A DNA stretch of 63,994 nucleotides, filler included, from Asterionella formosa (taxonomy: Eukaryota), in the NCBI GenBank assembly GCA_002256025.1. It is 22 parts of 22 records of this genome, joined end to end, with 100 filler letters (N's around TTAATTAATTAA, not from the genome) between each part and the next. Parts side by side here need not be neighbours in the genome. Positions count along the whole stretch, not along the records: positions 1 to 27,120 come from NKIB01001590.1; 21 more parts are not named here. One strand, given 5' to 3'. Position 1 is the stretch's first letter; every line of letters begins with the position of its first letter. This document shows, in pieces, positions 1 through 12,142 of the stretch. The position numbers and the translations under genes are program-made. The notes under the pieces are model-generated. The model did not search any database and was not told the origin of the DNA. It saw nothing but the letters and a program-made list of their open reading frames with translations.

Positions 1-139
1 AGATAAAATGGGAGCAAACTAACAGAATTAATGGTAGTCAGAGTGAAGAATATTTGTGAACGGAAATGTTGCGAATTGTCGAGAAAAGTACCGTATTATA
101 GAGATTATTACTGAACAAATTTTTCTTCGTGTCGCCAGA

Positions 140-386
140 AAATATTGTCAGTTGGCCCCAAAAATTATGTGGGTTTCTAAAATAATTATGGAAGTTGTCG
201 AAACTATTTAAGTTCACTCCGTCCATATATATTGTATGATGCATCATATTTTTTTGTGATGTCATACCCTTAAATTATGTACGTAGCTAAATTCGTCATA
301 TTGGGCCACCCAAATAATTAATTTGGGTGATCATATTTGACTAGCGTTTTTTTTGTGGCGGCTGTACCAGTAATCGGCGTTGTAGA
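140..386 (-). mobile_element. Non-autonomous AT-rich repeat element (copy 1) abutting or interrupting Copia gag
   Basis: The reverse complement of about 140-389 aligns by eye with 29629-29875 (e.g. catctacaacgccgatta(c/t)tggtacagccgc and aaacccacataa). Internal palindrome cccaaat-aatta-atttggg. Confidence 0.75.
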
Positions 387-3300
387 TGTTGAACGTCTTA
401 AAGACTATGGGAATTGTGGTCCAGGCCTCCTCCTCTGGATGGTTTTCATGGATGAAGTCACCTCTGGTTCACCTCAGGCAATGGATAGCATCTTGGAAAA
501 TTTTAAGAAGATCCAACTTTCTGATTACCCTGGCGAAAATGTCCGCCTCATGGTCCATGATATCCAAGCTTCATTTAACCTACTAAAGAGTGGACAGTGT
601 CTTACTATCACTGCCTCTAGCATTGTTGCTACCAAGCTCCTACTCTGTCAAGTTGAGGAATTTCGTGCTGTATTCTATACAATCTCTGTTAAGATTGATA
701 CTGAACAAGAACGGGGTCTCATGGGTAAAGATAATGCCGCCCTTGTCAAATTCCAAGCTACACCAAGTGGTGTCAAGACACTTCTTGATATGGCACTCAC
801 TCAGTACAAACGTCTCATTGACAATGGATGATGGCCACCTTCCCAAACTGTTCCTAAGAAGCAGTCAGATTCCCTACCATATGCATTCCAGGCTACAGTT
901 TTTCCTACTGCATTTCAAGCCCTTGCTGATGAACTTAAAGCCCTCCGCAAAGATTTTGAGACCAAGCCTAGTTGGGATGGCCAAGACCTCTCTAAAACTA
1001 CTTGCTACAAGTGTGGCAAAATTGGTCATCTTCGTCCTAACTGTCCTGACAAGACAACCCCTGACCCTGAGAACTCTTGGCAAAATGTTCCTCCAACTGA
1101 ACCTCCTGACTTAACTCATCATCATCTTTCCCTTGAGAAAGATGAATTTTTCAGTTTGGCTTTGGTATCCATTCCAATAGTGTTGTCAATCCAATGTCTC
1201 CATCCGACTTGGACTTACACTTTCACCACTCCTCTCTTGTTGCCTCCTCATCTGGTTTGGTTCTTCCTCAGCCTCCTACTTCCCACTGTTTGTGCTCCCA
1301 CTCTGAATCAATGACACATTATGACTGCCCAAGTGTCTTTCTCATCAATGAAGGACCTTTCTTGGCATTACTAGATTTTTATGACATCACTGGACATTTT
1401 TCTGTCATCTGGGACACTGGTGCCACTCGTCCTGTCAGTGGGTACACTGGTGACTTTATTGGCCCAATGATTATTCCCTCTACTCCTTTGTTACTTGGCG
1501 GCATCGCCTCTGGTCTGGTTGTTGAAGGAATTGGAACTGTCAAATGGTCTTTCTATTCTGATCATGGCACCCTCCTTACTCTTCATTTAAAGGCCTTTTA
1601 TGTCCCTACCTGCAAACAACGCTTGCTTTCTCCCCAGAAAATCTTTTGTCCCACTGAAAATGTCCGTGGTACTTTTGTGATCTCTTCAGCACATGCCCAA
1701 CTCTTACTTGATGACTCCCCCATTCTCACTGTTCCCTATGACCCAATGAATGGGCTACCAACCAGCCAAGCTATCCTCCTACATCATGGCGCGTCTTCCC
1801 CTCAAGTTAACTTGTGTGTCACAGAGGAGGTAAACCAAAATCTCACAGAGGCTCAGAAGGAATATCTTTGTTGGCATTTTCTTCTTGGACATCTTAATTC
1901 TAATATTATTCAATGGCTTCTTTGTCAACCTTCTTTTGGCAACAGTCATAAGGTCCGTGCTACTGCCCGTTGCACTCCACCCAAATGTGCAGCTTGTGAA
2001 TATGGCAAAGCCCATCGTTGTCCTCTTGCATCTACCCTCTCTACACCTTCACCTGAGAGGGAGGGAGCTACGAAATTTGATGATTTATTCCCAGGTTCAG
2101 GTGTCTCAGTGGATCATTTTGAATCAAAGCTGCCAGGTTGTCTATACACCGCCTCTCGAGGTAAATCACAACTTGCCTCAACTTATAAAGGCGGTTGTAT
2201 TTTTGTTGACCATGCATCTGGAATACTTTATGTCCGTCATCAAATCAGCTTTACTTCAGAAGAGACCATTCATTCGAAAATGCATTTCGAAAATTGGGCA
2301 TACAATCAAGGTGTCTTAGTTCAAAAATATACTGTCTTAGTTCAAAAATATACTACTGATAATGGCATTTTTGGCGCTTGCGAATTTACCAGTGAAATTT
2401 CTGCCAAAGGTCAAATTGTGAAAGATTGTGGGGTTGGATCTCATCATCAAAATGGTACTGCTGAATGTAGCATTCCTACAGTCTCAAACATGGATAGAGT
2501 AATGATGCTCCATGCCTCCCTATGATGGCCAGAAACTGCTGATGCTTCCCTCTGGCCCATGGCTGTTGACTATGCTGTCCATGTATACAACCATATGCCA
2601 AACCCAAAATCTGGTCAATCCCCCCTTGATATTTTCACAAGTTCCATTGTGCCTTGTCATGGAATTAAAGATTTTTATGTCTGGGGTTGCCCTTGTTATG
2701 TACTGGACCCCACTTTACAGAATGGTCATAAACTCCCTGGTTGGCAACTTAAATCTCGTCGTGCGATCTTTATGGGAATCTCTCCTTCTCATAGTAGTAA
2801 TGTCCCCCTAGTACTGAACCTAAAAACAGGTACCATATCACCTCAGTTTCACGTGGTTTTTGATGACTACTTTACCACTGTTATGTCCATCTCTGATTCT
2901 GATGATCCTCCAGGTCACTGGGAAAATTTATTTCATGAATCCCGGTTTCATACTGAATTTGTTGAACACGAACAGTTTTCTTACATGGTGATTGGTTAAC
3001 TTCCAGTGAACAAAATGACTTTCAACATCACAAACAGATGCAAGCAAAAATCTTACCTCCTCGTATGAATATACCTAAGGATGAATTGCCGACAAATAAG
3101 AGGGAGTTTCCTCTGGTTCCCCTGCCTAGTGTGGTGGCTCCTTCAGCCCATAAAGAGCCTGCTGTTAGTACATCTACCTCTGGCTCTGCTGTGGTTGCTC
3201 AGAGCCCTCCCCCTACTACCTATATCCACCCAGTTGATGTTCAGGATATTCCTATGGCTGCTCATTCTACTGAACCAGCAATTCCTGCTGGCCATGATCT

Positions 3301-5209
3301 GCCCTCTATTTCTACCTTAAATTTACAGGTACCTCCAACTCCACCTGTTCTCACAACTTCTATTAGCATGAAACCAATTGCAATTCCTACACCTCGCCGT
3401 AGTACCAGGACAAACTTCGGTGTGTTTGGTACTCGTTATGTCCCTGAAGGCCACTTTGCCCATGCTTTCTTCTCCCAATTGGTTGAAGAAAGTGACACCC
3501 ATGGCTTTGACTCTGATTTGGCCTACCTGGCTGCTGTTATGACAGATCCAACAACAGGTCTCTTGGAGTGTTCTAACCCACTTGTCTATGCTGCAATGGC
3601 ACGTCGAAATGACCCAGATAATCCTAGATACCATGAAGCCATGGCTAGCATTGATCATGAATCTTTTAAAGCTGCAATGGTCACCGAGATTGTTTCTCTT
3701 ACATCAAATAAAACCTGGACTTTAGTGACACGTCAATCAGTTCAGGGTAAAAATATCTTACCTGGCATTTGGGCTTTCAAATGTAAGTTGTTTCCAGATG
3801 GCAGCTTACGTAAATGCAAGGCTCGGTTTTGTGTACATGGAGATCTGCAAGTTGAAGGAGTGGAATTCTTTGAGACATATGCTCCGGTTGTCCAATGGTC
3901 CACTGTTCGTGCTTTACTGGTGATGTCCATTGTGTTAAACCTTGCGACTCAGCAAATCGATTTCAGTAATGCCTTCTGTCAAGCGGACATTGATGAAGAG
4001 GTATATGTTGAAATGCCCAAAGATTTTGGTGATCCCAGGGGGAGAGACATGGATCTTCGGTTAAATAAATCATTGTATGAAACAAAACAGGCACCTAGGA
4101 CTTGGTTCCTAAAATTGAAGGAATGTCTCGAGCAATGGGGTTTCACACACCAGTCATTGTTAGACCCATGCCTTTTTATTCACGCTGACATGGTCTACCT
4201 GGTATATGTGGATGATTCGATTGTTCATATTGGTTGTGATAGAACCAAGATTGATCCTATGATTGAAAATTTGGCTATTGACCTAGAATTGACTCAAGAG
4301 GGAAATCTAGCTGCTTTTCTGGGCATCCAAATTAACAAATGAACTGAAAACGGTTCACTTAAACTTACGCAAGAGGGTCTGATTAAGAGTGTTCTGCAAG
4401 CTACTGGCCTCGAAGACTGTCGGGCTAGCTCTACTCCAGCCAATAAGGAGAATCTAGGAACAGATAAGGATGGTCCGCCTACAACTGAAGCATGGAACTA
4501 CCGGTCTGTGGTGGGGATGCTACTTTACTTGGCCTCTAATTCTCGTCCTGACATTGCTTTTGCTGTTCATCAGTGTGCTCGCTTTTCTCATTGTCCTCGT
4601 GCTACCCATGAAATAGCAGTAAAGAAAATTTGTCGGTATCTTAAAGGCAGTTTTGATCAAGGAATTATATTCACTCCTACTCCTGATGCCTTTGACATTG
4701 AATATTTTTGTGACAGTGACTTTGTTGGGCTCTTTGGTTCAGAAGACCCTACTGATCCAGTCTGTTCTCACTCTCGAACTGGCTATGTCATAACCCTTGC
4801 TGGATGTCCCCTCCTCTGGGTGTCCAAATTACAAACTACCACTGCACTATCTACAATGGAAGCAGAATATCAGGCTCTTTCTGCCAGTTGTCGGGACCTC
4901 ATTCGTCCTCTCCATCATATCATTCAAGAAGCATCTACAGCCCTACACATTGGTAAAGGTTCAGCTGTTCGATCTTTTTCAAAGGTCTATGAAGATAATA
5001 GTGCATGCCTGTCCCAAGCTACTATGCCAAAGATGACTCCTCGTACTAAGCACATTGCTGTAGCTTATCATTGGTTTCGTGAATATGTGCTTTCCGGAGT
5101 TCTTCAAATTGTCAAGGTGGATACTGCAGCCAACCTTGCTGATATCTTTACAAAAGGTCTTGTGGCTGACAAATTCACAGCTATACGCAAGCAGTTATGT
5201 GGTTGGTGA
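387..5209 (+). pseudogene. Copia gag-pol polyprotein with stops and frameshifts
   Basis: In-frame TGA stops at 829-831, 2523-2525 and 4340-4342; frame changes near 1114-1194 and 2990-3038. Confidence 0.9.
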
Positions 5210-5232
5210 CTGTTTGCTCTGCTGAGGAGGAG

Positions 5233-5480
5233 AGTTGAAACAGACAAGTCAAACAAATCTTGTTTGTGTCTCCAAATTAGTCCAGTCATGAACTTTTTGG
5301 GTCTAGTCATGAACATGAGTCAATCTTTAATCATACATGAATCAATCTTTGAATCTTGTCATGAACATGAGTCGATTTACTCATATATGACTTAGTTTTG
5401 TTTGTTTGGTTTGCAAAAAGTTAATTCTATAAGCTCACTTTATTTGGAAATACCAATAGAGTCAGATCTATCCTACAACA
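5233..5480 (+). repeat. Probable 3' LTR with upstream polypurine tract
   Basis: Purine run gaggaggagag (5224-5234) just after the pol stop, then AGTTG (probably a mutated TGTTG) through to CAACA at 5476-5480. Internal repeats of gtcatgaac. No second LTR available to confirm the boundaries. Confidence 0.6.
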
Positions 5481-7495
5481 TTCTCCTAAATTCACTGTAA
5501 TCCTTCGATCCACTGCCTAGCTAGCACCTACGTTGCTGAGTATATACATCGAAATATATATACTATTCTTCAATAAGTCGAACTCCTTTCAGGTTAATCT
5601 ACGACTTCTCTTTCAAGTTATGATACCCGTGATTATATCAATATGATGTTTTTATTTGTAGACGCTGCTGTACTCTTACTCGATGCTTTGATAGAAGCCT
5701 TTCTGGCTTTTCACTGAAACAAGAGCGCGATTGAGGAGTTGGTAAGTTATCAAATCATGATGTCATTTTTTGCAGCAGCAACATCATTATGAAAATTGAT
5801 TGTTATTTACATTAATGTCCTGTTGTTCTACTTGAGCTTGCAAGAGTAAGCACAGTGGATGATTCAATATGGAGAACGATATGGGAGGTGACTTGCTGGG
5901 CATGGAACAGGGCTCAGCAATCAACTTTTGGTCGATTATAATGATTCATGAGGCAGCAATATGTTCAGGAGTAGTAGTAGGGCGATGTTGGAAAGGGTAG
6001 ATAGAGAAAGGGCTTCCTGTGCAGCAAGGGGGAGGAAGGGGTCACAGATTTGGAAGAGAATTGCTCAAGCAATGTAACAGCTTTGTTGGCTGACATCCAA
6101 CAAGCAACCGAAATTCCCATTCTTGAGAAGGACAAACTCTCTTCCATGAAGTGTAGTAGATGTAGCTTCTATAAATATATGGTTTCGAAACTTGTCTAGC
6201 GCATTAACTGTTTCTAGAATAGCAACTAAGACATCTTAATTAACTATCATCTTGGATGGCAATTCACATGGTGAACATCATACCTTTTAATCAATGATTA
6301 AAAAAAATAGAATCATTCCAGAGCTCCAAAGAAAATAATAAATCAACTCACTGGAAGGCAGTGGACTTCAAATGAATTGGAAATGATGAAAGTCTTGGAT
6401 TGCTCTTTGATGCACTCAACTGTCTACTGTGGCAAATTCCTGACTTCTCCCTCTCATTATCAAACAAATTGTTTGCAACTTCATCGTGACACAAAACTTT
6501 GCAGATGCTGGGGCATCGTCTACACCAATATCAACAAATCCAGCTGGAATCCATAGCAACATCATCAGAGACATGGAATGCGCCAGTGTCATCAATAGGT
6601 GTGAATATCCACAATGTCCAAATCGTCATTTCGACAAATTTACTAGAACTTGCCAAGGAAGGTCCGGTAAAACACGTTTTTACTCCGGAAAAGATTAAGC
6701 TAAATAACTCGAATGTTGGACTTCCAGGGTACTGTTTGGATATCACCCTATTCTTCAAGTCAATATCTGCTGCCATCACTTGATCTAAACTTGGGCTCAC
6801 CATCTGGCATGCTTCCATGCAGCATCCTACAGTTTGTGAGAATTCGCCTGGCAGAACTCAGAACTGCTAAGTGGTTGTTTTGGTCAACCCAAACTGAGGA
6901 CCAAAGATACACTTCTACCAGCAGTTATAAAGATCACAGTGGAATTTAGGAAATACACTTTTATAACTAATACAGTCCCTAACAATGATAGTTGCTTTTA
7001 TCTGCTGGCTGTACCTAGGTATCTCACTGGTAACTGTTGACTATTATCATGACACCTCGGTATTCTGGAGTATTCCCCTAGTTAAAGACTGCATTTATTT
7101 AGCAGCTCGAAGGTTATGTAAGCCGCAAAGGGCATTCATTTCCTGGCCTTTCGAGGTGATACAGGGAAGTTGCACTAGGCAACGAACAGACAGCGTCTAG
7201 CATGCCAATATAATATGTAGTACAGCACGATGTGATGATTTTGTACAATCAACTCAGTACTGCTTGCCCAAAATTGATGTGATCGACTATCATGGTCACT
7301 ATGTATAATGTAATAATACAGCATTGCATGTTTCTGTTTTTTATTTTTCGCTTTTTCCAATTCATTTTGTCACCCGAAGTGTCGCTTTATCCACCTCGTT
7401 TGTTGTACTTTCTCATTCTTCTCGTAGTTGAAATGATTGTTATCGTTCGTCACAATCTTTCACCAAGCATACGTGTTAGCATCTGTGTAGACGGT

Positions 7496-8421
7496 TTAAA
7501 TTTGTCCAAGGCTCGCATTGAGCTGCTGAGCCACCATGAGTTGTGTTCGAGTGATTTGTGACAAGTAGGACACCATGAGCAAGTCTTGGAGCGAATCATC
7601 AAAAAGTTTGTCAAAGCTTCTAATTTTCGGAATGACAGCCAATGTATCCGCAATCGTTCGTCCAACAGTGGGGTCGGCAGGAAGTGTTCCATTTACAACA
7701 GCTTCCACGTGTTCACAAGTGGTTTCCAATAGAGACAACAGCGTTTCCATACTGGCTTGTAACCCAATAGTATTAGTGTTAACCGTATCCTTCGACATCA
7801 TACTGTCCAAACAAATAGCAGCCGATTCCGTTGACTGAAAGGTGAGACGAACGGGATGGAACAAATTGGCCAAGGCTTCCCCTTGGATCTGCACAGAGGT
7901 AGATTTATACGCAGAAATGGGAAGAGCGTCAGTCAACAATCTGGTGTCCACCACTAAATGAACAGGGTCTCCATCCTCGGATTCTCCCGCATAAAATTCA
8001 TGAATGAGGCTCGAGGTATCAGCAATCAAGGGTTCGGCAGTGCTGGCGTACCATCCCATGAGTGTTTCACGAGGATTTCCGCGTAAGTGCAACGCGAGCA
8101 TTTGCTTGTTAAAGTCCTTTCCAATGGCAACTTCATCACCGCGTTCGGCGTGTGGAACTGCGAAGCAGTTTGTAATTTCAATCTGTCGTGGAGGTTAGTG
8201 AAATTGGCAAAATTATCAACTTGCGACTATTTATCAAAGCAGTAAAGTTAGCCCCTACCTACCTTGTTTCCATCCCTTCGTCCCAACAATGTCCCAATCA
8301 CTCTTCCATCTGCTTCCTGTCGTCTGGAATGGTGATCCAATACACTCAATAGGACCAGAGGATGAACAATTACGAGAGTCTCTGAATCCTCCAAGAGGAG
8401 GGCTGGTGTCGTTGTCGTCAT
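7496..8421 (-). CDS. EIF3F: Eukaryotic translation initiation factor 3 subunit F (MPN domain); 2 exons 8421-8263 and 8182-7496
   Basis: Exon 1 VIVHPLVLLSVLDHHSRR...RVIGTLLG, exon 2 IEITNCFAVPH...GWYAST, C-terminal LQDLLMVSYLSQITRTQ. GT-AG intron 8262-8183 with a CTAAC branch site restores the frame. Confidence 0.9.
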
Positions 8422-8931
8422 GGTGAGTGTGGTATGACTGTGTAAGAACTCGCGAAGTCTTCTAGCGATGCGGGTACCGGTAGTGCGGTTCTTTGTGTGG
8501 TGTGGAGCAAAGTCTATAGGGTTGGGGATGATGTGCAGTCCTTGTAAAATTCATCATACATACCGCTACAGTAGCTAGATCGCTAGGAGAACCTGGTAGT
8601 AGTAGTACATAGGGTTGCTACCAGGTCCCATGAGGTAATTTCATACCACAACAAGCAATGTTACATACCGGTATATCCTCAACGCACATACCGGTAGTAA
8701 AGTTTTCTATACAGATGTACCGTATTCTTCTTTAGGGCCTGGTTTTTTTATGTATATACCGGTACAGTAGTCCATAAAATTTTCCCAACAGCTACTGACT
8801 TTCTCTCTGGAATCGTCCATCGATCATCTCGACTCCTTTCCCTTTACCAGATATCTGGTTTACTGTCTACTGTAGTCTATTCCAAGAGAGTTGATGTAAA
8901 AAAGGACCTCGATCAAGCAAAACAGCGCAAA

Positions 8932-10542
8932 ATGGCAATCTTGAGCTTCACCTCCCCATCCGACAAGGACGATACCTTTGCTGAGTTTTGTCAGTACGTC
9001 CCCCTTCGCCTTTCGCAGGAAGAACGAACATTACTGACCGTCTTGGAACGAGCCCTGAATGTCAGTGAATATACCGATCACGTTGACGTTGCTTCCAATC
9101 GAAAAGGCACCAAGGCCACTCGTATTCTCGATGGAATCCTGGAACTCTGTCACATTTCCACCGGACTCGCCATTTCTTCCGGTCACGAACAATCAATGCT
9201 GTCTTCCTTGAAGGATATGCCAATCATGAAGCTAAAGAAGAAGACAAATCGAATACTCAAGCGAAAATCAAAAAAGCCCATCGCTCCAATGCTGATAACC
9301 AACTCGCTGGCCACCAATGACCCGAAGGACAATGCGGCCTTCTTTCAAACCCTTTTTGAAATCGGTCGTCGCAACAAGGTCTTGAATCCAAATAGCATGA
9401 GGACGACGTATGGAAAGTTGCTATATCTGTGCCAGGATGCTCAAAATCCAACGGTGGCCAAGTCACTTCAAATGAGTGTTCACAAGGATCTTGTATTGGT
9501 CGGGCGGTACTTGAAGGAATTCGACTGTGAGGACCTATTGTATGATGCCAGGTTGCCCGGTGCTACCAGATACATTTCGGACAAGACAAATCAGGGAGAA
9601 AAGATATCCCGAGAGGAGATCCAAGCGGCTGTCTCGGACAAGAACACGCTTGTCGATGCGCTAGTAGAGGAATACTTCAAGAAGTCGAAATTATCTGAAG
9701 CCAACATCCGACGATCTATCGAAAGTATCAGTGATGCCATCGCGTATGTGCAAGCAAATTTGGAACCTGTTCAAGCTATGCTGACATTTTTGGAAGACAA
9801 CTTTGATCCCAACAAGAAGCAGGAAGGGTTTTCATTGGAACTCAATGGGAATAAAAGATTTTCCTCCGGCAATTATTCACGATATGGATTTTCTGCTTTT
9901 TCGTCGGACTCGTCCGGTGGACCAACCTTGTCTCACTCTCATTCGACGCAGTATACCTTTGTCTGGCAATCCTTACAATTGTGGTGCAAGGTCCAGCGCA
10001 ATATGCACAAATTATGGGTCTGTGCCGACGAAGATTTGCTCTCGACTTGCTCGTCGTACCACCTGTATAATACAGGACAGGGTCTCAACCGCGTGCAGTC
10101 ATGCCCCAAAGTGGGGAAGGTCATGCGCTCCCTTTTGTCTCAAACCCAACAAGAGGCGGGTGCTCCATGGGTTGGCTTGTCGGTCGTTCATCTTGGTGAC
10201 CGGGATGTGCCAAACGCCTTGGTATTTATTGACAAATACACGCAAATTCCACGCTTTCTTCATCCATTAGTGACGTTCTTACAATCTATCCCTGAAATGG
10301 CAACCGACCCGATTTTGGGAGCTTACATTCAGAAGACATTTGGGTCGACACAGGCATTGAAGTTGACTGTACTTTGTGATTATTTTAAGCATGGCTTTGA
10401 TGGGAGTGGTGATGATGGAGGATCGTGCATTGACGGAAGACTCACTTCGAGTTGGAACTGGACGTCGCGGATTGCCAAAAAGCCTTACTACCATGCATTT
10501 ATGCTTTCTGGTTTTCAAGGGTTTGACGGAGATTTTAAATAA
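8932..10542 (+). CDS. DUF2009 / UPF0652 family protein
   Basis: Motifs YVPLRLSQEER, LNVSEYTD, FEIGRRNKVLNP, GQGLNRVQ, WVGLSVVHLGD, HGFDGSG and GSCIDGRLTSSWNW; intact 536 aa ORF. Confidence 0.8.
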   Translation: MAILSFTSPSDKDDTFAEFCQYVPLRLSQEERTLLTVLERALNVSEYTDHVDVASNRKGTKATRILDGILELCHISTGLAISSGHEQSMLSSLKDMPIMKLKKKTNRILKRKSKKPIAPMLITNSLATNDPKDNAAFFQTLFEIGRRNKVLNPNSMRTTYGKLLYLCQDAQNPTVAKSLQMSVHKDLVLVGRYLKEFDCEDLLYDARLPGATRYISDKTNQGEKISREEIQAAVSDKNTLVDALVEEYFKKSKLSEANIRRSIESISDAIAYVQANLEPVQAMLTFLEDNFDPNKKQEGFSLELNGNKRFSSGNYSRYGFSAFSSDSSGGPTLSHSHSTQYTFVWQSLQLWCKVQRNMHKLWVCADEDLLSTCSSYHLYNTGQGLNRVQSCPKVGKVMRSLLSQTQQEAGAPWVGLSVVHLGDRDVPNALVFIDKYTQIPRFLHPLVTFLQSIPEMATDPILGAYIQKTFGSTQALKLTVLCDYFKHGFDGSGDDGGSCIDGRLTSSWNWTSRIAKKPYYHAFMLSGFQGFDGDFK

Positions 10543-10658
10543 ACGGCTAATAGAAATATCATTTCTTTTGAAAACTCGCTAGAAGGACAGAGCAATGTGT
10601 CCTTTTCCTTTTGAAGTTGGTTTACGTTTTCTTAAAGCGCGCGGCATGCCGAGTGACT

Positions 10659-11552
10659 TCACACGCCCCTCACTCCACTACGGATATCAATAGGATGGAC
10701 CCATCGATTACAAATCCACTTTTCACCCGATTCAACCGGCATACCAGCATGTCTCATTTTCAAATCCACGTTAAAAAACATCTCACTTTTATAGCCCACT
10801 GATCCAGGTCGCTCCAGGGTATTCCAGAAAAAGACGGCTCGACCTTGTTCAGGCTTCACTTCAAGATGAGGATATTCATAAAACTTTGTGGCCCCACCCT
10901 CTTCGCACTTTTGTAAATACAGCAAGCACGTACACAATCGACCCCGCACTGGTAGCTCATTAAAGCTATCCAAGTGGTCAGTATGAATTGCAAACTCCTG
11001 ACCCAATGTATACCGACACACTTGTAGATTTTCCATATGCGATGTCGGCAATCCTGAAAAGAGAGACACAGCTGATGCCATAAGGCGCAAAGGATATTCG
11101 CATTGGTGTTCCTTGATCCACGCCGTTTTCGAGGTGCGAGTAGTGGATTTTTCTTGTTCGGCTCCAACTGTACTTTGTTGGAGGTGATCCTCTGCAGATT
11201 GAATAATTTGGGCACAATGCTGTTCAGAAAGTAAATTATCAATGATTACCAAGGGTGGTTCTGTTTGTAATACTGTTACTAATGGAATAATTCCAATGCT
11301 TGTCAATTGTTCTGTAACATGAGCAATAATCTCGTTTTCAGTTCGTTCTTGACCCCAGAAGGTGTGAACGAGTATAGGTTCTGTTGACGAAGACTCTATT
11401 GATGTCTCCAGGCTCTTCCGAAGAGTAGAACACGACTTCATTCGTTGCTGATGGAACGAGCCCGTTGAGGAAAACGCGCACGTCGTCTGATCCCAGCAAC
11501 AACCGACAAGAATCCCTGCGGACCACCAAATCCTTCTCATCCCAGATCTCAT
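10659..11552 (-). CDS. Prolyl 4-hydroxylase-like 2OG-Fe(II) dioxygenase
   Basis: RTSKTAW, ENLQVCRY, HTD (HxD), GGATKF, KPEQGRAVFF, HAGMPVESGEKW. ATG at 11552 chosen over the upstream TTG. Confidence 0.85.
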   Translation of the reverse strand: MRSGMRRIWWSAGILVGCCWDQTTCAFSSTGSFHQQRMKSCSTLRKSLETSIESSSTEPILVHTFWGQERTENEIIAHVTEQLTSIGIIPLVTVLQTEPPLVIIDNLLSEQHCAQIIQSAEDHLQQSTVGAEQEKSTTRTSKTAWIKEHQCEYPLRLMASAVSLFSGLPTSHMENLQVCRYTLGQEFAIHTDHLDSFNELPVRGRLCTCLLYLQKCEEGGATKFYEYPHLEVKPEQGRAVFFWNTLERPGSVGYKSEMFFNVDLKMRHAGMPVESGEKWICNRWVHPIDIRSGVRGV

Positions 11553-12142
11553 AATCACGGTGGTTGCGCTAATTTGTATTGTTCCCCGTCTCGTTGGGAT
11601 CAACCTTTTCTTGCAGCTCAGTTCTCCTTATGTATTATCAGGAAATGAACTAGCTAATAGTCTACCGGTAATCATGTGCACGAGAAAAGAGTTGTTCTCA
11701 TTGTTGTCAACATTTATTTTCAACCCTCCCCGAAGAATGCTGATGATGACGATTGAGGATCATGCGATTTCCTAATTGGATACCAGGTACCGTACTGTAT
11801 CGGTATCTTTTATTCTCCTTGGAGGAGTGCCGGTATTGTTATTTCCCATCGGATCGTGCTGTCATCCGCCTACATGCTATATACACACACGTACCAGTAT
11901 GTATATGCAAAATATAAGTATATGTATGTACCAGTATTTATTTGCCGTTATAATTAATTATTTACCGTTATATATATAGGGGTAGTTGAATATATGTGCA
12001 TAAAACGTACTGCAAATCACGTGTTATATTTACCTTATTTTTTATTCTGGTAATGTAATCCATGGAACCTTCGTTATCGTATCAGGTCACTCTATGATGT
12101 AGCGCTCGGAGCACTTTGCATTCCATGAGCTAATCACAACCC

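Larger units (their letters stand above)
387..5480 (+). mobile_element. Decayed Ty1/Copia LTR retrotransposon; 5' LTR not visible in the window
   Basis: Domain order gag (zinc knuckle CYKCGKIGHLRPNC at about 1003-1044), protease (VIWDTGAT), integrase (HLN...CAACEYGK, SVDHF, FVDHASG, TDNG), RT (TYAPVVQW, QIDFSNAF, YVDD), RNase H (DSDF, STMEAEY, EDN, ADIFTK). Integrase before RT defines Copia. Confidence 0.95.

Noticed and set aside
829..4342. Programmed TGA readthrough or an alternative genetic code
   Set aside because: Frameshifts co-occur, host genes are intact with standard stops, and point mutation explains the TGAs.
5600..7200. Short ORFs after the LTR, and a possible further ACA|TCTAC end at about 6160
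   Set aside because: No recognisable motifs and no second copy to define a boundary.
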